IMG/VR virus record: IMGVR_UViG_3300023296_001674
Direction: 5' to 3' (one strand)
Origin: a virus
Length of the DNA stretch: 64,000 bases
Position numbers and translations under genes: made by a program
Notes under the pieces: model-generated
Database searches by the model: none
What the model saw: the letters and a program-made list of their open reading frames with translations, nothing else
What the model was told of the DNA's origin: nothing
In this document: in pieces, positions 45,276 to 53,936 of the stretch
Position numbering within the stretch: the first letter of the stretch is position 1
Layout of the letters: every line of letters begins with the position of its first letter

Positions 45276-46064
45276 ATGAAGCAATTTACGAATAATATAT
45301 ACTTAGGCGATACTCTCGATATGATGAAACAGATTGATGACGAATCTATTGATCTGATTATCACCGATCCACCATACGGAATGGCTTATCACGGCAATAG
45401 ACGCAATGAAAAGGCTGATGCATGGGGAAATGTCGATAAAAAATTTGATCATATCGAAAATGATAGCGGCGAAGAGTTTGAAGCGTTATTGTTGAGTTAT
45501 ATCACGGAATGCCTACGTATAATGAAACCAGATACTGCAATGTATATGTTTTGTAGTTGGCACAAAGTTGGTTTCTTTCAAGCAGAACTTGAAAAGCATT
45601 TCACATTAAAGAATTTATTGGTGTGGAACAAAAATAATCATACAGTTGGTGATTTGTACGGCAGTTATGCACCAAAGCACGAACTTGTGTGGTTCTGCCA
45701 TAAAGGTCGCGTGACTATGCAAGATACCAAAAGACACACCGATGTATTAGATCACGATGATGAAACTATATTGAATGATATGGTTATAATGGATCATAAA
45801 AAAATACATGATCCAGTTCATCCAACAATGAAACCGATTGATATGTTACGAAAGTTTGTTAGAACATCAAGCAAAGAGAATGATTTGATATTTGATGGAT
45901 TTATGGGTAGCGGCTCAACTGCGGTTGCAGCAGCAAAAGAAGGTAGACAGTTTATGGGTGCAGAACTATCACCTGAATATCATAAAATAGCATCAGATAA
46001 AGCAAATGCAGCCATACAGGATAAGGAAGCAGAAGATGCTAGTAAAAGTTACCTTGAATGGTAA
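45276..46064 (+). CDS. DNA methyltransferase, beta-class (N6-A or N4-C)
   Basis: Motif IV IITDPPYG is N-terminal. HPTMKP. Motif I FDGFMGSGST is C-terminal. Confidence 0.85.
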   Translation: MKQFTNNIYLGDTLDMMKQIDDESIDLIITDPPYGMAYHGNRRNEKADAWGNVDKKFDHIENDSGEEFEALLLSYITECLRIMKPDTAMYMFCSWHKVGFFQAELEKHFTLKNLLVWNKNNHTVGDLYGSYAPKHELVWFCHKGRVTMQDTKRHTDVLDHDDETILNDMVIMDHKKIHDPVHPTMKPIDMLRKFVRTSSKENDLIFDGFMGSGSTAVAAAKEGRQFMGAELSPEYHKIASDKANAAIQDKEAEDASKSYLEW

Positions 46065-46066
46065 AT

Positions 46067-46291
46067 TTAGCCCCAGCGTAGCTTAAAAGCCATCGCTGAT
46101 TCAAGATTAAAAAATAAAACACCAGTGGAACACATGCATGCACCACTGGTGTATCCATCTAAAATAAAATCTTCTTTTACTTTTAGATTTTCAAATAACC
46201 AATTATCTATAAATTTTTCAGATATCACTGTATCATATTCAAAATATAAATCACTTGTTCTTCTTATTTTATAAAATTCTTCTACAGCCAT
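46067..46291 (-). CDS. AFKLRW-tail family small protein (...SAMAFKLRWG)
   Basis: NWLFEN plus tail. Its ATG is embedded in the AGATGG (R-W) codons of the upstream member. Confidence 0.65.
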   Translation of the reverse strand: MAVEEFYKIRRTSDLYFEYDTVISEKFIDNWLFENLKVKEDFILDGYTSGACMCSTGVLFFNLESAMAFKLRWG

Positions 46292-46488
46292 CTCATTTTG
46301 AATCCCATTGAATCTTCTTCATCTAACAACCAGACCACCGATGATGGTGGTTTTCGGACATCGGCAGAATCACATATGGCATAACTGTCTTCATCGATAT
46401 TGTCGATCAGCCATAGTTTAACTTCATCCATTTCGTTGTTGGAAATATAGAATTTTGTGTTGTTTATTTGACGTATTTTCATATCCAT
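46282..46488 (-). CDS. AFKLRW-tail family small protein (...[10 protein letters not shown])
   Basis: KLWLIDN plus tail. 10-nt overlaps on both sides. Confidence 0.65.
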   Translation of the reverse strand: MDMKIRQINNTKFYISNNEMDEVKLWLIDNIDEDSYAICDSADVRKPPSSVVWLLDEEDSMGFKMRWL

Positions 46489-46847
46489 CGTAATTTAAAT
46501 GCAACCACGTCGCTTTCATTATTGAATACAAATTTATACGTTAAATTATTTCGTTTGTCTTCAGTATAAGACCGGACGTAATATTCTTCAACGTTTTCTT
46601 TGAGCCACTCATTCATGTTATTTACCGTGACTTCATCATAGTTTTGCAACAACGCATAATATGATTGCTGTTCAACAATTTCAAATGATGGCTCCAATGA
46701 TTTAGACTGAACTGTGTGTATCGTTTCACTGCATATATCAACGCATTCATTGCAAATATATACATCTACACTAGCAATTAAATGTTTTACTTGCGATTGA
46801 TCTTTTTTACAAAATGAACATGTAGGTACTTTATTTTTTATAGCCAT
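46479..46847 (-). CDS. ClpX-type C4 zinc-finger fused to an AFKLRW-tail domain
   Basis: [34 protein letters not shown] versus E. coli ClpX [34 protein letters not shown] (recalled). C-terminal NEWLKEN...[10 protein letters not shown]. Confidence 0.75.
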   Translation of the reverse strand: MAIKNKVPTCSFCKKDQSQVKHLIASVDVYICNECVDICSETIHTVQSKSLEPSFEIVEQQSYYALLQNYDEVTVNNMNEWLKENVEEYYVRSYTEDKRNNLTYKFVFNNESDVVAFKLRWI

Positions 46848-47188
46848 TTTAATTTAAACGCTGTAACGTCTTCCTTGCATGTAAAGGTGAATTCAACGGT
46901 ATTAGTGCCGTTGATCGAATAATTGGTTTTGTTTTCAAATATGTATACTATATCATTATCCACGCACCAATCATCTATTAAATCAACGCCGTCTGCAATC
47001 ATGGCTGAATATACGTCATACGTTACAATAAATTTATACTTAAAAAATTTTTCTACTTGAGAATGAAAGCCAACTATATCATTTAATAACGTAATATTTG
47101 TTGGATTGTTTATTTTTTTAGTATCGACATCAAAATCTTGTAATATTTCAAATAATACTGCTTTGCGTAATGTATCTATATCATTCAT
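46838..47188 (-). CDS. AFKLRW-tail family small protein (...[10 protein letters not shown])
   Basis: DDWCVDN plus tail. Confidence 0.65.
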   Translation of the reverse strand: MNDIDTLRKAVLFEILQDFDVDTKKINNPTNITLLNDIVGFHSQVEKFFKYKFIVTYDVYSAMIADGVDLIDDWCVDNDIVYIFENKTNYSINGTNTVEFTFTCKEDVTAFKLKWL

Positions 47189-47207
47189 AATACTCGCCCA
47201 TTATTTA

Positions 47208-47555
47208 TTATATCCATCTTAATTTAAACGCCATCGCAGATTCTTTGTCATCATAAAACAACACTTCTATTTCTACCATTCCATTATCATCTTCGTCCCA
47301 ACCAGACCAATCCCAACGCCAATCACTAGTGCAATTTTCAAGCAACCAATCATGTTCTTCGTGATTGTTAAAATCCCATTCTTCACTAACTTTCGTTCCG
47401 TTTTTTTCACGACGTGGTGGATTTATTTTTGTCCCTGATATTTTAATATTAACTGTATTTTCGGATATGATCGATTTGTTATATGATGGCGTCGGTATAG
47501 ACGCTGTCGATACTTCTAATGTATATTTTCTACCACAATGAATATCGCCTTCCAT
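47208..47555 (-). CDS. AFKLRW-tail family small protein (...SAMAFKLRWI)
   Basis: Start moved to MEGDIHCG (47555), which has an AAAGAGA RBS and its own promoter upstream. DWLLENC plus tail. Confidence 0.6.
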   Translation of the reverse strand: MEGDIHCGRKYTLEVSTASIPTPSYNKSIISENTVNIKISGTKINPPRREKNGTKVSEEWDFNNHEEHDWLLENCTSDWRWDWSGWDEDDNGMVEIEVLFYDDKESAMAFKLRWI

Positions 47556-47591
47556 GATTAATCTCTTTTTAATTGTTAATACTTTTTCAGT

Positions 47592-47621
47592 ATAATACCA
47601 AATATATACTGATAATGTCAA
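47592..47621 (-). promoter_or_regulatory. sigma70-type promoter candidate (minus strand) for the 5-gene family cassette
   Basis: Minus-strand TTGACA (47621-47616), 18 nt, TATTAT (47597-47592). Confidence 0.5.
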
Positions 47622-47627
47622 TATCTC

Positions 47628-47655
47628 TTGACATACATTAATGATGTGATATAGT
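47628..47655 (+). promoter_or_regulatory. sigma70-type promoter candidate (plus strand), back-to-back with the 47592 promoter
   Basis: TTGACA (47628-47633), 16 nt, TATAGT (47650-47655). 33 nt before the ATG at 47688. The two -35 boxes are 6 nt apart. Confidence 0.55.
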
Positions 47656-47687
47656 GTTCTTATAACTGATCTTGAAAGGATTTTATA

Positions 47688-48431
47688 ATGGCTTATGTTC
47701 GCGCAGTTCAAAACATTTTAGATATGGAAATTGAAGATTTATATTTTGAAAGTGATGGAAAATATCACAAAAAAGGCGAGTTGAGGCGATTGGGTGCACG
47801 CACAAAATACGTCAAATTAAAGATTTTATTTTATAGTGCACAAGACAACATGGATGACGAATTGGCATCACAAGCAGAAAAAGCAGCAGATGAAATTAAA
47901 AATCCTTGTTACGTCGGCGATGAACGTCGCGAGGAAATTTTAGCAAAAATATCACACATCACAGAAGAAGAACGTGCTCAAGGTAAAACGAAACATGCCA
48001 CATTTTCAGTGGAGGATCGCAACTGGCGCACAAAAGGTGTTCATGGTATATTTCATAATGAATCTAATTCTATTGTTATTTTCAAAGAGAAACATGGTGA
48101 TTCATTGTATGATATGAGTTCTGCATTTAATGCTGCTAGCGCGTTTCTTACTGTGCTACGCGAACGATTGAATGATGGTTGGTATAACGATCAACTCGAG
48201 GATGAAGATCATGAATCCAACCAATTGGATTTATTGAAATCCAATGAAATTATATTAACCGAAGAACAGGAAGCTAGAAAAATTGTCGACATGGCTACCA
48301 ACCGTAAAATAACAGGAGATTTTATTCGTGCTGGAAAAGATGCGTATGAATTCTTGCAAGATCGTAGCGAATATGAATATGGTTGTTTTTCTATTGAGAC
48401 GCCATCGGTTGCTGATTTTACATTGACATAA
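47688..48431 (+). CDS. Hypothetical protein
   Basis: GAAAGGA RBS. No motif recognised. Confidence 0.55.
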   Translation: MAYVRAVQNILDMEIEDLYFESDGKYHKKGELRRLGARTKYVKLKILFYSAQDNMDDELASQAEKAADEIKNPCYVGDERREEILAKISHITEEERAQGKTKHATFSVEDRNWRTKGVHGIFHNESNSIVIFKEKHGDSLYDMSSAFNAASAFLTVLRERLNDGWYNDQLEDEDHESNQLDLLKSNEIILTEEQEARKIVDMATNRKITGDFIRAGKDAYEFLQDRSEYEYGCFSIETPSVADFTLT

Positions 48432-48450
48432 TTGATTAATGTGTTATTAT
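48423..48450 (+). promoter_or_regulatory. sigma70-type promoter candidate (extended -10), followed by an 8-bp hairpin
   Basis: TTGACA (48423-48428), 16 nt, TGtTATTAT (48442-48450). Hairpin TCTATATG-AAA-CATATAGA at 48451-48469, just before the RBS. Confidence 0.5.
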
Positions 48451-48483
48451 TCTATATGAAACATATAGAAAAGGATTATCGCT

Positions 48484-48879
48484 ATGGTACAAAAAATGAC
48501 ACGTGACGAATTTCAAAAAATGGTTGATGACGCGGCTGGTTATCAGTGCAAGAAAACTGATGGAGTGGTGACTGCACTTAAAATCGAATGGTCTGTTGGC
48601 GGTCAATCTGGTGGTAGTTGTTGGGATGAAGGAGACTCGACATATCATGGAACAAGCGGTGAAGCAGAGCCAGAGTTCGAAGACCTTGATAGTATCTTGC
48701 TGGCGGTTGCCCCACAACTCAGTTTTTTACATTATAAAAAATTAATGCAAAAAATTGAAACCGACGATTACCGTCAAAACGATTACTATGGAAACTACAC
48801 CGATTACGCAACAAAAACAATCACAGTCGATGATATTTGGGTGTTTTTGATTGAGTATGACATGATTGAACAAGCATGA
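48484..48879 (+). CDS. Hypothetical protein
   Basis: AAAGGA RBS. Confidence 0.55.
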   Translation: MVQKMTRDEFQKMVDDAAGYQCKKTDGVVTALKIEWSVGGQSGGSCWDEGDSTYHGTSGEAEPEFEDLDSILLAVAPQLSFLHYKKLMQKIETDDYRQNDYYGNYTDYATKTITVDDIWVFLIEYDMIEQA

Positions 48880-49256
48880 CGCATATATTTTTAATAATCG
48901 GTTTGCCCGGTAGTGGTAAAACACACTTAGCAAACCGATTAAAAAATACTTGTGGTTTAATCATAGATGATATTGTATCATTAGATCAGTTGCCTGATGA
49001 CGGTAATATCATCATCACTGATGTAAATTTATGCGATAATGGCATCTACCATAAAGCATGTGATAAGTTAAAAGAAAAATATGACAATGATGTTAACATA
49101 CATTCAATATTTTTTCAAAACAATTCTTATGCTGCACGATGCAATGTTGAATATAGAAACGACGGACGCGATGTTGAAGGAACTATTCGGAGGTTTGAGA
49201 AGATTTATAAACCGCCTATTAATGCAAGGAAAATATGGAATGGTGTTAACGGTTAA
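48876..49256 (+). CDS. Small P-loop NTPase/kinase-like protein
   Basis: Walker A IGLPGSGKTHLANRL at the N-terminus. ATGA overlap. Confidence 0.55.
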   Translation: MTHIFLIIGLPGSGKTHLANRLKNTCGLIIDDIVSLDQLPDDGNIIITDVNLCDNGIYHKACDKLKEKYDNDVNIHSIFFQNNSYAARCNVEYRNDGRDVEGTIRRFEKIYKPPINARKIWNGVNG

Positions 49257-49308
49257 TCAGTTCTATGATTATTTGATAATTGTAATATATTTTCCGCTAA
49301 TTTTTGCA

Positions 49309-49337
49309 TTGACATTATCTATTTTTACTGTTAAAGT
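49309..49337 (+). promoter_or_regulatory. sigma70-type promoter candidate
   Basis: TTGACA (49309-49314), 17 nt, TAAAGT (49332-49337). 35 nt before the cysS ATG. Confidence 0.45.
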
Positions 49338-49371
49338 GTATTATTATTTATCATAAAAAGGATTAATTATA

Positions 49372-50673
49372 ATGACACATATATCGTTATATAATAGCAT
49401 GTCGAGAGAAAAAGAAAAATTCAAACCAATAGACGATTCTCGCGTAACTATGTATTATTGCGGTATCACCCCTTATGATAAACCACATCTTGGTAACGTA
49501 AGAGCGAGTATCACTGGTGATATGATATATAGACTGTTGCGGGTTTTTTATAAATCAGAAAATGTCATATATGCTAGAAATATTACTGACATAGATGATA
49601 AAATCGAAGCAAAAAGCCAAGAAACAGGAAGGTCTGCGATTGATATAACGAATGAAACTATTCAATGGTTTCATGAAACTATGAAAGTATTACATGTATT
49701 GCCACCGGATTTGGAGCCAAGGGTTTCTGATAATGAAGAATCTATGATGGATATGATTAACATATTACTTGATAAAAATATCGCATATAAATCAAATAAT
49801 GGTGACATTTATTTTGAATTAGATAAATTTCCAGAACACGGAAAATTATGCCGCCACAGTCGCGAAGATTTAAATATAAATGAAGAACATTCTTCAGAAA
49901 AAAAACATCCACAAGATTTTGTTTTATGGAAAGAAAATCATCAACGATTTGGTTGGCATATTGAATGTTCCGCGATGATTAAAAAGCATTTGGGTGACAC
50001 TATCGATATTCATGGTGGTGGTGGTGATTTACGTTTCCCACATCATGAGAATGAAATAGCTCAAAGTGAAACTGCTAATGGTGTCCCATTGGCTAATTAC
50101 TGGATGCATAACGGTATGATTACAGTGAACGGAAAGAAAATGGCTAAATCTACTGGAAGCTTTATTACAGTCGATGAAGCACTAGATCGTGTTCCCGGCG
50201 AAGCGATACGATTTTACATGCTTAAGACGCATTACCGTAAACCGTTTGATTGGTCGTGGGATGGTTTGATGGAAGCCAAGTCTGAACTTGATGGGTTATA
50301 TAGAAAGATGCAGAAACGCACTTATGTTAAAATGGGTGGCGTGTCAGTACAAGTATTATATGCGTTGGCTGATGATTTGAATACACCATTGGTGATATCA
50401 GAATTATACAAAGAAGCGGATAAGGAAATATCTTCTTTATTGGATTCGGCGCAGCTATTGGGTATACTGAATCATACACCAGAAGAATGGTTTCATGGCA
50501 CAACGAAAGATTCATTACTTGATGCATCGTCAATCGAGGCACTTATTGAAGTACGGAAACTATTGAAAGAAAATGGCGACTATGAATCTGCGGATATAAC
50601 AAGAGATATATTATTAGGACAAGGCATTATACTTGAAGATAAACCAGATGGGACAACTTGGCGAAAAATATGA
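49372..50673 (+). CDS. cysS: Cysteinyl-tRNA synthetase
   Basis: MYYCGITPYDKPHLGNVRA (HIGH-type), GWHIECSAM, HGGGGDLRFPHHENEIAQSE, KMAKSTGS (KMSKS). Confidence 0.9.
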   Translation: MTHISLYNSMSREKEKFKPIDDSRVTMYYCGITPYDKPHLGNVRASITGDMIYRLLRVFYKSENVIYARNITDIDDKIEAKSQETGRSAIDITNETIQWFHETMKVLHVLPPDLEPRVSDNEESMMDMINILLDKNIAYKSNNGDIYFELDKFPEHGKLCRHSREDLNINEEHSSEKKHPQDFVLWKENHQRFGWHIECSAMIKKHLGDTIDIHGGGGDLRFPHHENEIAQSETANGVPLANYWMHNGMITVNGKKMAKSTGSFITVDEALDRVPGEAIRFYMLKTHYRKPFDWSWDGLMEAKSELDGLYRKMQKRTYVKMGGVSVQVLYALADDLNTPLVISELYKEADKEISSLLDSAQLLGILNHTPEEWFHGTTKDSLLDASSIEALIEVRKLLKENGDYESADITRDILLGQGIILEDKPDGTTWRKI

Positions 50674-50921
50674 TTATAACACAACAAACTAATAGTCTAG
50701 ATGAGTGTAGATATGTATGTTTGGACGACAATCAAAATCTTACAGAATTAATGGATTTACTATATTGGCTGTCTGAAAATTGTTATAGAGTGCCAGGATT
50801 GGAATGGGTGTTTAGACGATTGGATCGATATAATCAAATAATTATCACATTTGGTTTTAATTCATTAAGTGATTGTTATAATGATGAATATCATATGGCA
50901 TTCAAGTTAAAATGGTTGTAG
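50670..50921 (+). CDS. AFKLRW-tail family small protein (...YHMAFKLKWL)
   Basis: ATGA overlap with the cysS stop. LLYWLSENC plus tail. Confidence 0.65.
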   Translation: MIITQQTNSLDECRYVCLDDNQNLTELMDLLYWLSENCYRVPGLEWVFRRLDRYNQIIITFGFNSLSDCYNDEYHMAFKLKWL

Positions 50922-51005
50922 TATAATGTAAATAATAGATAGACAATTACTTAATAAAGTGTTATATTTAAAGAACATAATATTTTAAAATAGGAAGAGT
51001 TATAT

Positions 51006-52060
51006 ATGTTATATAATGACGATTGTTTAGTCGCAATGAAAAAATTAATTGAAGAAAATACACAAGTGGATTCTATTGTAACCGATCCGCCATATCATCT
51101 AACCAACACAAATGATGAAAATAAAGGTTTCATGGGTAAACAATGGGATGGTGGCGATATTGCGTTTAATGTTGAAACATGGAAACTCGCATACGATCTT
51201 TTAAAACATGGTGGTCATTTAATAGCGTTTAGTGCATCAAGAACATATCATCATATGGTGGTAGCCATTGAAAATGCGGGATTTGAAATACGTGATCAAC
51301 TTATGTGGCTTTATAGTTCAGGTTTTCCTAAAGGACATAATATATCTAAAGGATTAGAAAAAACCGGTGCAACACCTGTTGACATTGAAACATGGGAGGG
51401 ATGGAATACGGTGTTAAAGCCAGCACATGAACCAATAGTTTTAGCCAGAAAGCCATTAGAACCTGACTCGACTATTGCGCAAAACGTGTTGAAACATGAC
51501 ACAGGTGGTTTGAATATAGCCGACTGTAGCGTGGGCGATGAAAAAAGATTCAATCCAAGTGCAAGTAGCAATAAAATTTATGGTCAATTTGAAGGATCAG
51601 AAAAAGATGGTAGAGATTCTACAGGTAGATATCCAACAAACGTAATTCATGATGGATCAGATGATGTCAATGACGCTTTTCAAAAATATGCCCAATCGGG
51701 TGAAAATCCTATTCGTTTTTTTATGGGTCTAAAACATCTGAAACTGAACGCAATCATGGATCAGCAAATATTAAAAATACACACCCAACTGTTAAACCAC
51801 AAGATTTGATGCGTTATTTATGTCGTCTTATTACGCCTAAAAATGGAATAGTGTTTGATCCATTTATGGGTTCTGGATCAACCGGAATAGCTGCTAAAAC
51901 TGAGGGTTTTGATTTTATTGGCATTGAACGCGAATTAGAATATTTTGAAATATCTAAAAAACGAATAGAAACTGCATATCATGTTCCTAACAAAAAAGTA
52001 GTGTTGTCTACAGACAACAATGATTCTGTGCCAGACCTTGATGATATATTCAAAGAATAA
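51006..52060 (+). pseudogene. Beta-class DNA methyltransferase interrupted by a frameshift at a T7 run (pseudogene, sequencing error, or slippage-dependent)
   Basis: ORF 51006..51809 carries motif IV VTDPPYH. ORF 51806..52060 carries motif I FDPFMGSGST. Frame 2 is open from 51706 and reads ...FFYGSKTSSETERNHGSANIKNTHPTVKPQDLMRYL. The frames meet at TTTTTTT (51716-51722), and one extra T would give a single ~351-aa ORF. Confidence 0.75.
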
Positions 52061-52080
52061 ATGTAATAGATTTAAATAAA

Positions 52081-52329
52081 ATGTGTAATCCATATATAAA
52101 AATATTTGAATATATCATGGATACACAATATTCAGAGATATATAAATGGTTGCGCAATCACGGCGAAGATGGTATAGATTGGTGCATAGAAGACTACAAT
52201 CAACAATATGTAATCAATGGTATGGATAATAACGTGAGTGTGGAATGTGATATGGTTGTAAAAATATATAATATTGATGTAGCGGCAGTTTTTGAAATGG
52301 AGCAAGTTGGTGGGCATAATGGAAAATAA
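52081..52329 (+). CDS. Divergent AFKLRW-family-like small protein (tail degraded to ...VAAVFEMEQVGGHNGK)
   Basis: IYKWLRNHGEDGIDWCIEDY resembles the family N-motif. The C-terminal motif is degenerate and extended. Confidence 0.45.
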   Translation: MCNPYIKIFEYIMDTQYSEIYKWLRNHGEDGIDWCIEDYNQQYVINGMDNNVSVECDMVVKIYNIDVAAVFEMEQVGGHNGK

Positions 52330-52540
52330 AAATAGACATATATCAGAAACAGGGCGTCATATTCTTGAAACACATCCATATGTAGTTGAGAATATTGATG
52401 ACAGCGATTGTTTTGTTGATATCATATATTGGACACGGGCGGTGTTTGGTGGTAAGGAAGAACGGGTAATAACATGTTGGAATAATTATTATTTTAGACA
52501 TGAAGTCGATTGTTTTAATTTTAAAATGAGGTGGTTGTAA
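52319..52540 (+). CDS. AFKLRW-tail family small protein (...DCFNFKMRWL)
   Basis: ATG 52319 after GGTGGG. TTG 52292 is the alternative. Confidence 0.6.
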   Translation: MENKNRHISETGRHILETHPYVVENIDDSDCFVDIIYWTRAVFGGKEERVITCWNNYYFRHEVDCFNFKMRWL

Positions 52541-53133
52541 TGATTATAGGATTGACTGGTGGAATGGCATGTGGTAAATCGACATGTTCTAATATGATTA
52601 AGAAAATGGGAATTCAAGTGTTTGATGCTGATGCAGAAGCACACAAGTTGCTTGAGAGAGATGTGCGTGTTATTCGTGATATACAAGATCAACTACCACA
52701 GGCGGTGGACACAATTGATAGTAAAGAATTTATTAGTCGTGATAAATTATCGAAATTAATGCTAAATGATGATTCAGTTATTGAAATAGTCACTGAAGCA
52801 ATAACTATTCCATTAAAATATGCTTTACTCCGATTTATTGAACGCAATCGAGATAATAGATTCGCCGTTGTGGATGCGCCGATGTTATTTGAGTATAAGT
52901 GGGATACATATTGTGAAAAAATAATCACAGTTGATGCACCGAGAGATCGACAAGAATTGCGAATAATGAAAAGACATGGTATGACTGAATTAAAAATGAT
53001 GATATTACTTGATTTGCAGATGACATCAGAAGAACGAAATTTAAAATCAGATTATGTCATAGATAATGGATCGAGTTTATATAATACCAATGAACAAATA
53101 GTAAATATATTCTTGACATTGCAGCAAATATAA
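52540..53133 (+). CDS. coaE: Dephospho-CoA kinase
   Basis: MIIGLTGGMACGKST.....K..GIQVFDADAEAHKLL. ATG 52540 (TAATG overlap), or GTG 52531 embedded in the upstream AGGTGG (10-nt overlap). Confidence 0.85.
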   Translation: MIIGLTGGMACGKSTCSNMIKKMGIQVFDADAEAHKLLERDVRVIRDIQDQLPQAVDTIDSKEFISRDKLSKLMLNDDSVIEIVTEAITIPLKYALLRFIERNRDNRFAVVDAPMLFEYKWDTYCEKIITVDAPRDRQELRIMKRHGMTELKMMILLDLQMTSEERNLKSDYVIDNGSSLYNTNEQIVNIFLTLQQI

Positions 53134-53141
53134 AGTAAAAT
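53113..53141 (+). promoter_or_regulatory. sigma70-type promoter candidate
   Basis: TTGACA (53113-53118), 17 nt, TAAAAT (53136-53141). 27 nt before the ATG at 53168. Confidence 0.55.
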
Positions 53142-53167
53142 ATATTTTTAATCAATGGAGTATAAGA

Positions 53168-53329
53168 ATGGCAAAAAGTTCAAGAGGGCGCGGAAAAGGA
53201 TCAACTGGAACCCGTAGCAAATCAAAACATAATAGCAAACGCGGTAAAGGCGTATTGAAAAAGGCAGCACGTCGTGTGACACGAACTAATTGTGTCCGCC
53301 GACCATGTCGTCAAGCAAGAAAGACATAA
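53168..53329 (+). CDS. Very basic 53-aa protein (missed by the 60-aa cutoff)
   Basis: TGGAG RBS. MAKSSRGRGKGSTGTRSKSKHNSKRGKGVLKKAARRVTRTNCVRRPCRQARKT. Own promoter. Confidence 0.5.
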   Translation: MAKSSRGRGKGSTGTRSKSKHNSKRGKGVLKKAARRVTRTNCVRRPCRQARKT

Positions 53330-53333
53330 TACA

Positions 53334-53936
53334 ATGCAGTTTCCATTCATCAAATCAAATGTAACATTGGGGCTATTCATGAAAAATGAATATGTCAAAG
53401 TGAAATCACGATATACCAAATTATATGAACTTGCGAGACATTATTGGTTTGAATTGGTTTGTTTATCTATTTTAATGATGGTTATTATATCAAGTATGGA
53501 TAAAACATATACGCCAGTGGTTATAACACCAGTAGGTGTGGAAACAACATCAAACACTATCGCCGTTCAACCATCAAATACATACATTGATTTAAATTCA
53601 ATTGTGCGATATAAATCGACGATGATGGACAATGAAACTGTTGGTGATATAGAACGGCACGATCTTATTAATGCGCATGAAAACAAGTTTGTTGGTCAAC
53701 GTATAATTCACACTGGCAAACTTGATATAATAGATACAAAATATGATCATTATGCATTATATATATCAACCGCCAGTATATATGATGACGCGAAGTGTAA
53801 AATTGATATAGATGATAAAAAAATAATATATACACTACGCGAGGACGCAATTGTAACTATAAAAGGGTCAATTGAAGAAATCACGTTCAATTATAATATT
53901 GCAGATTGCGTTGTTGTGATGCCTGATGAAAAATAA
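53334..53936 (+). CDS. Single-pass membrane protein
   Basis: First ATG after the basic ORF. TM WFELVCLSILMMVIISSM. Confidence 0.5.
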   Translation: MQFPFIKSNVTLGLFMKNEYVKVKSRYTKLYELARHYWFELVCLSILMMVIISSMDKTYTPVVITPVGVETTSNTIAVQPSNTYIDLNSIVRYKSTMMDNETVGDIERHDLINAHENKFVGQRIIHTGKLDIIDTKYDHYALYISTASIYDDAKCKIDIDDKKIIYTLREDAIVTIKGSIEEITFNYNIADCVVVMPDEK

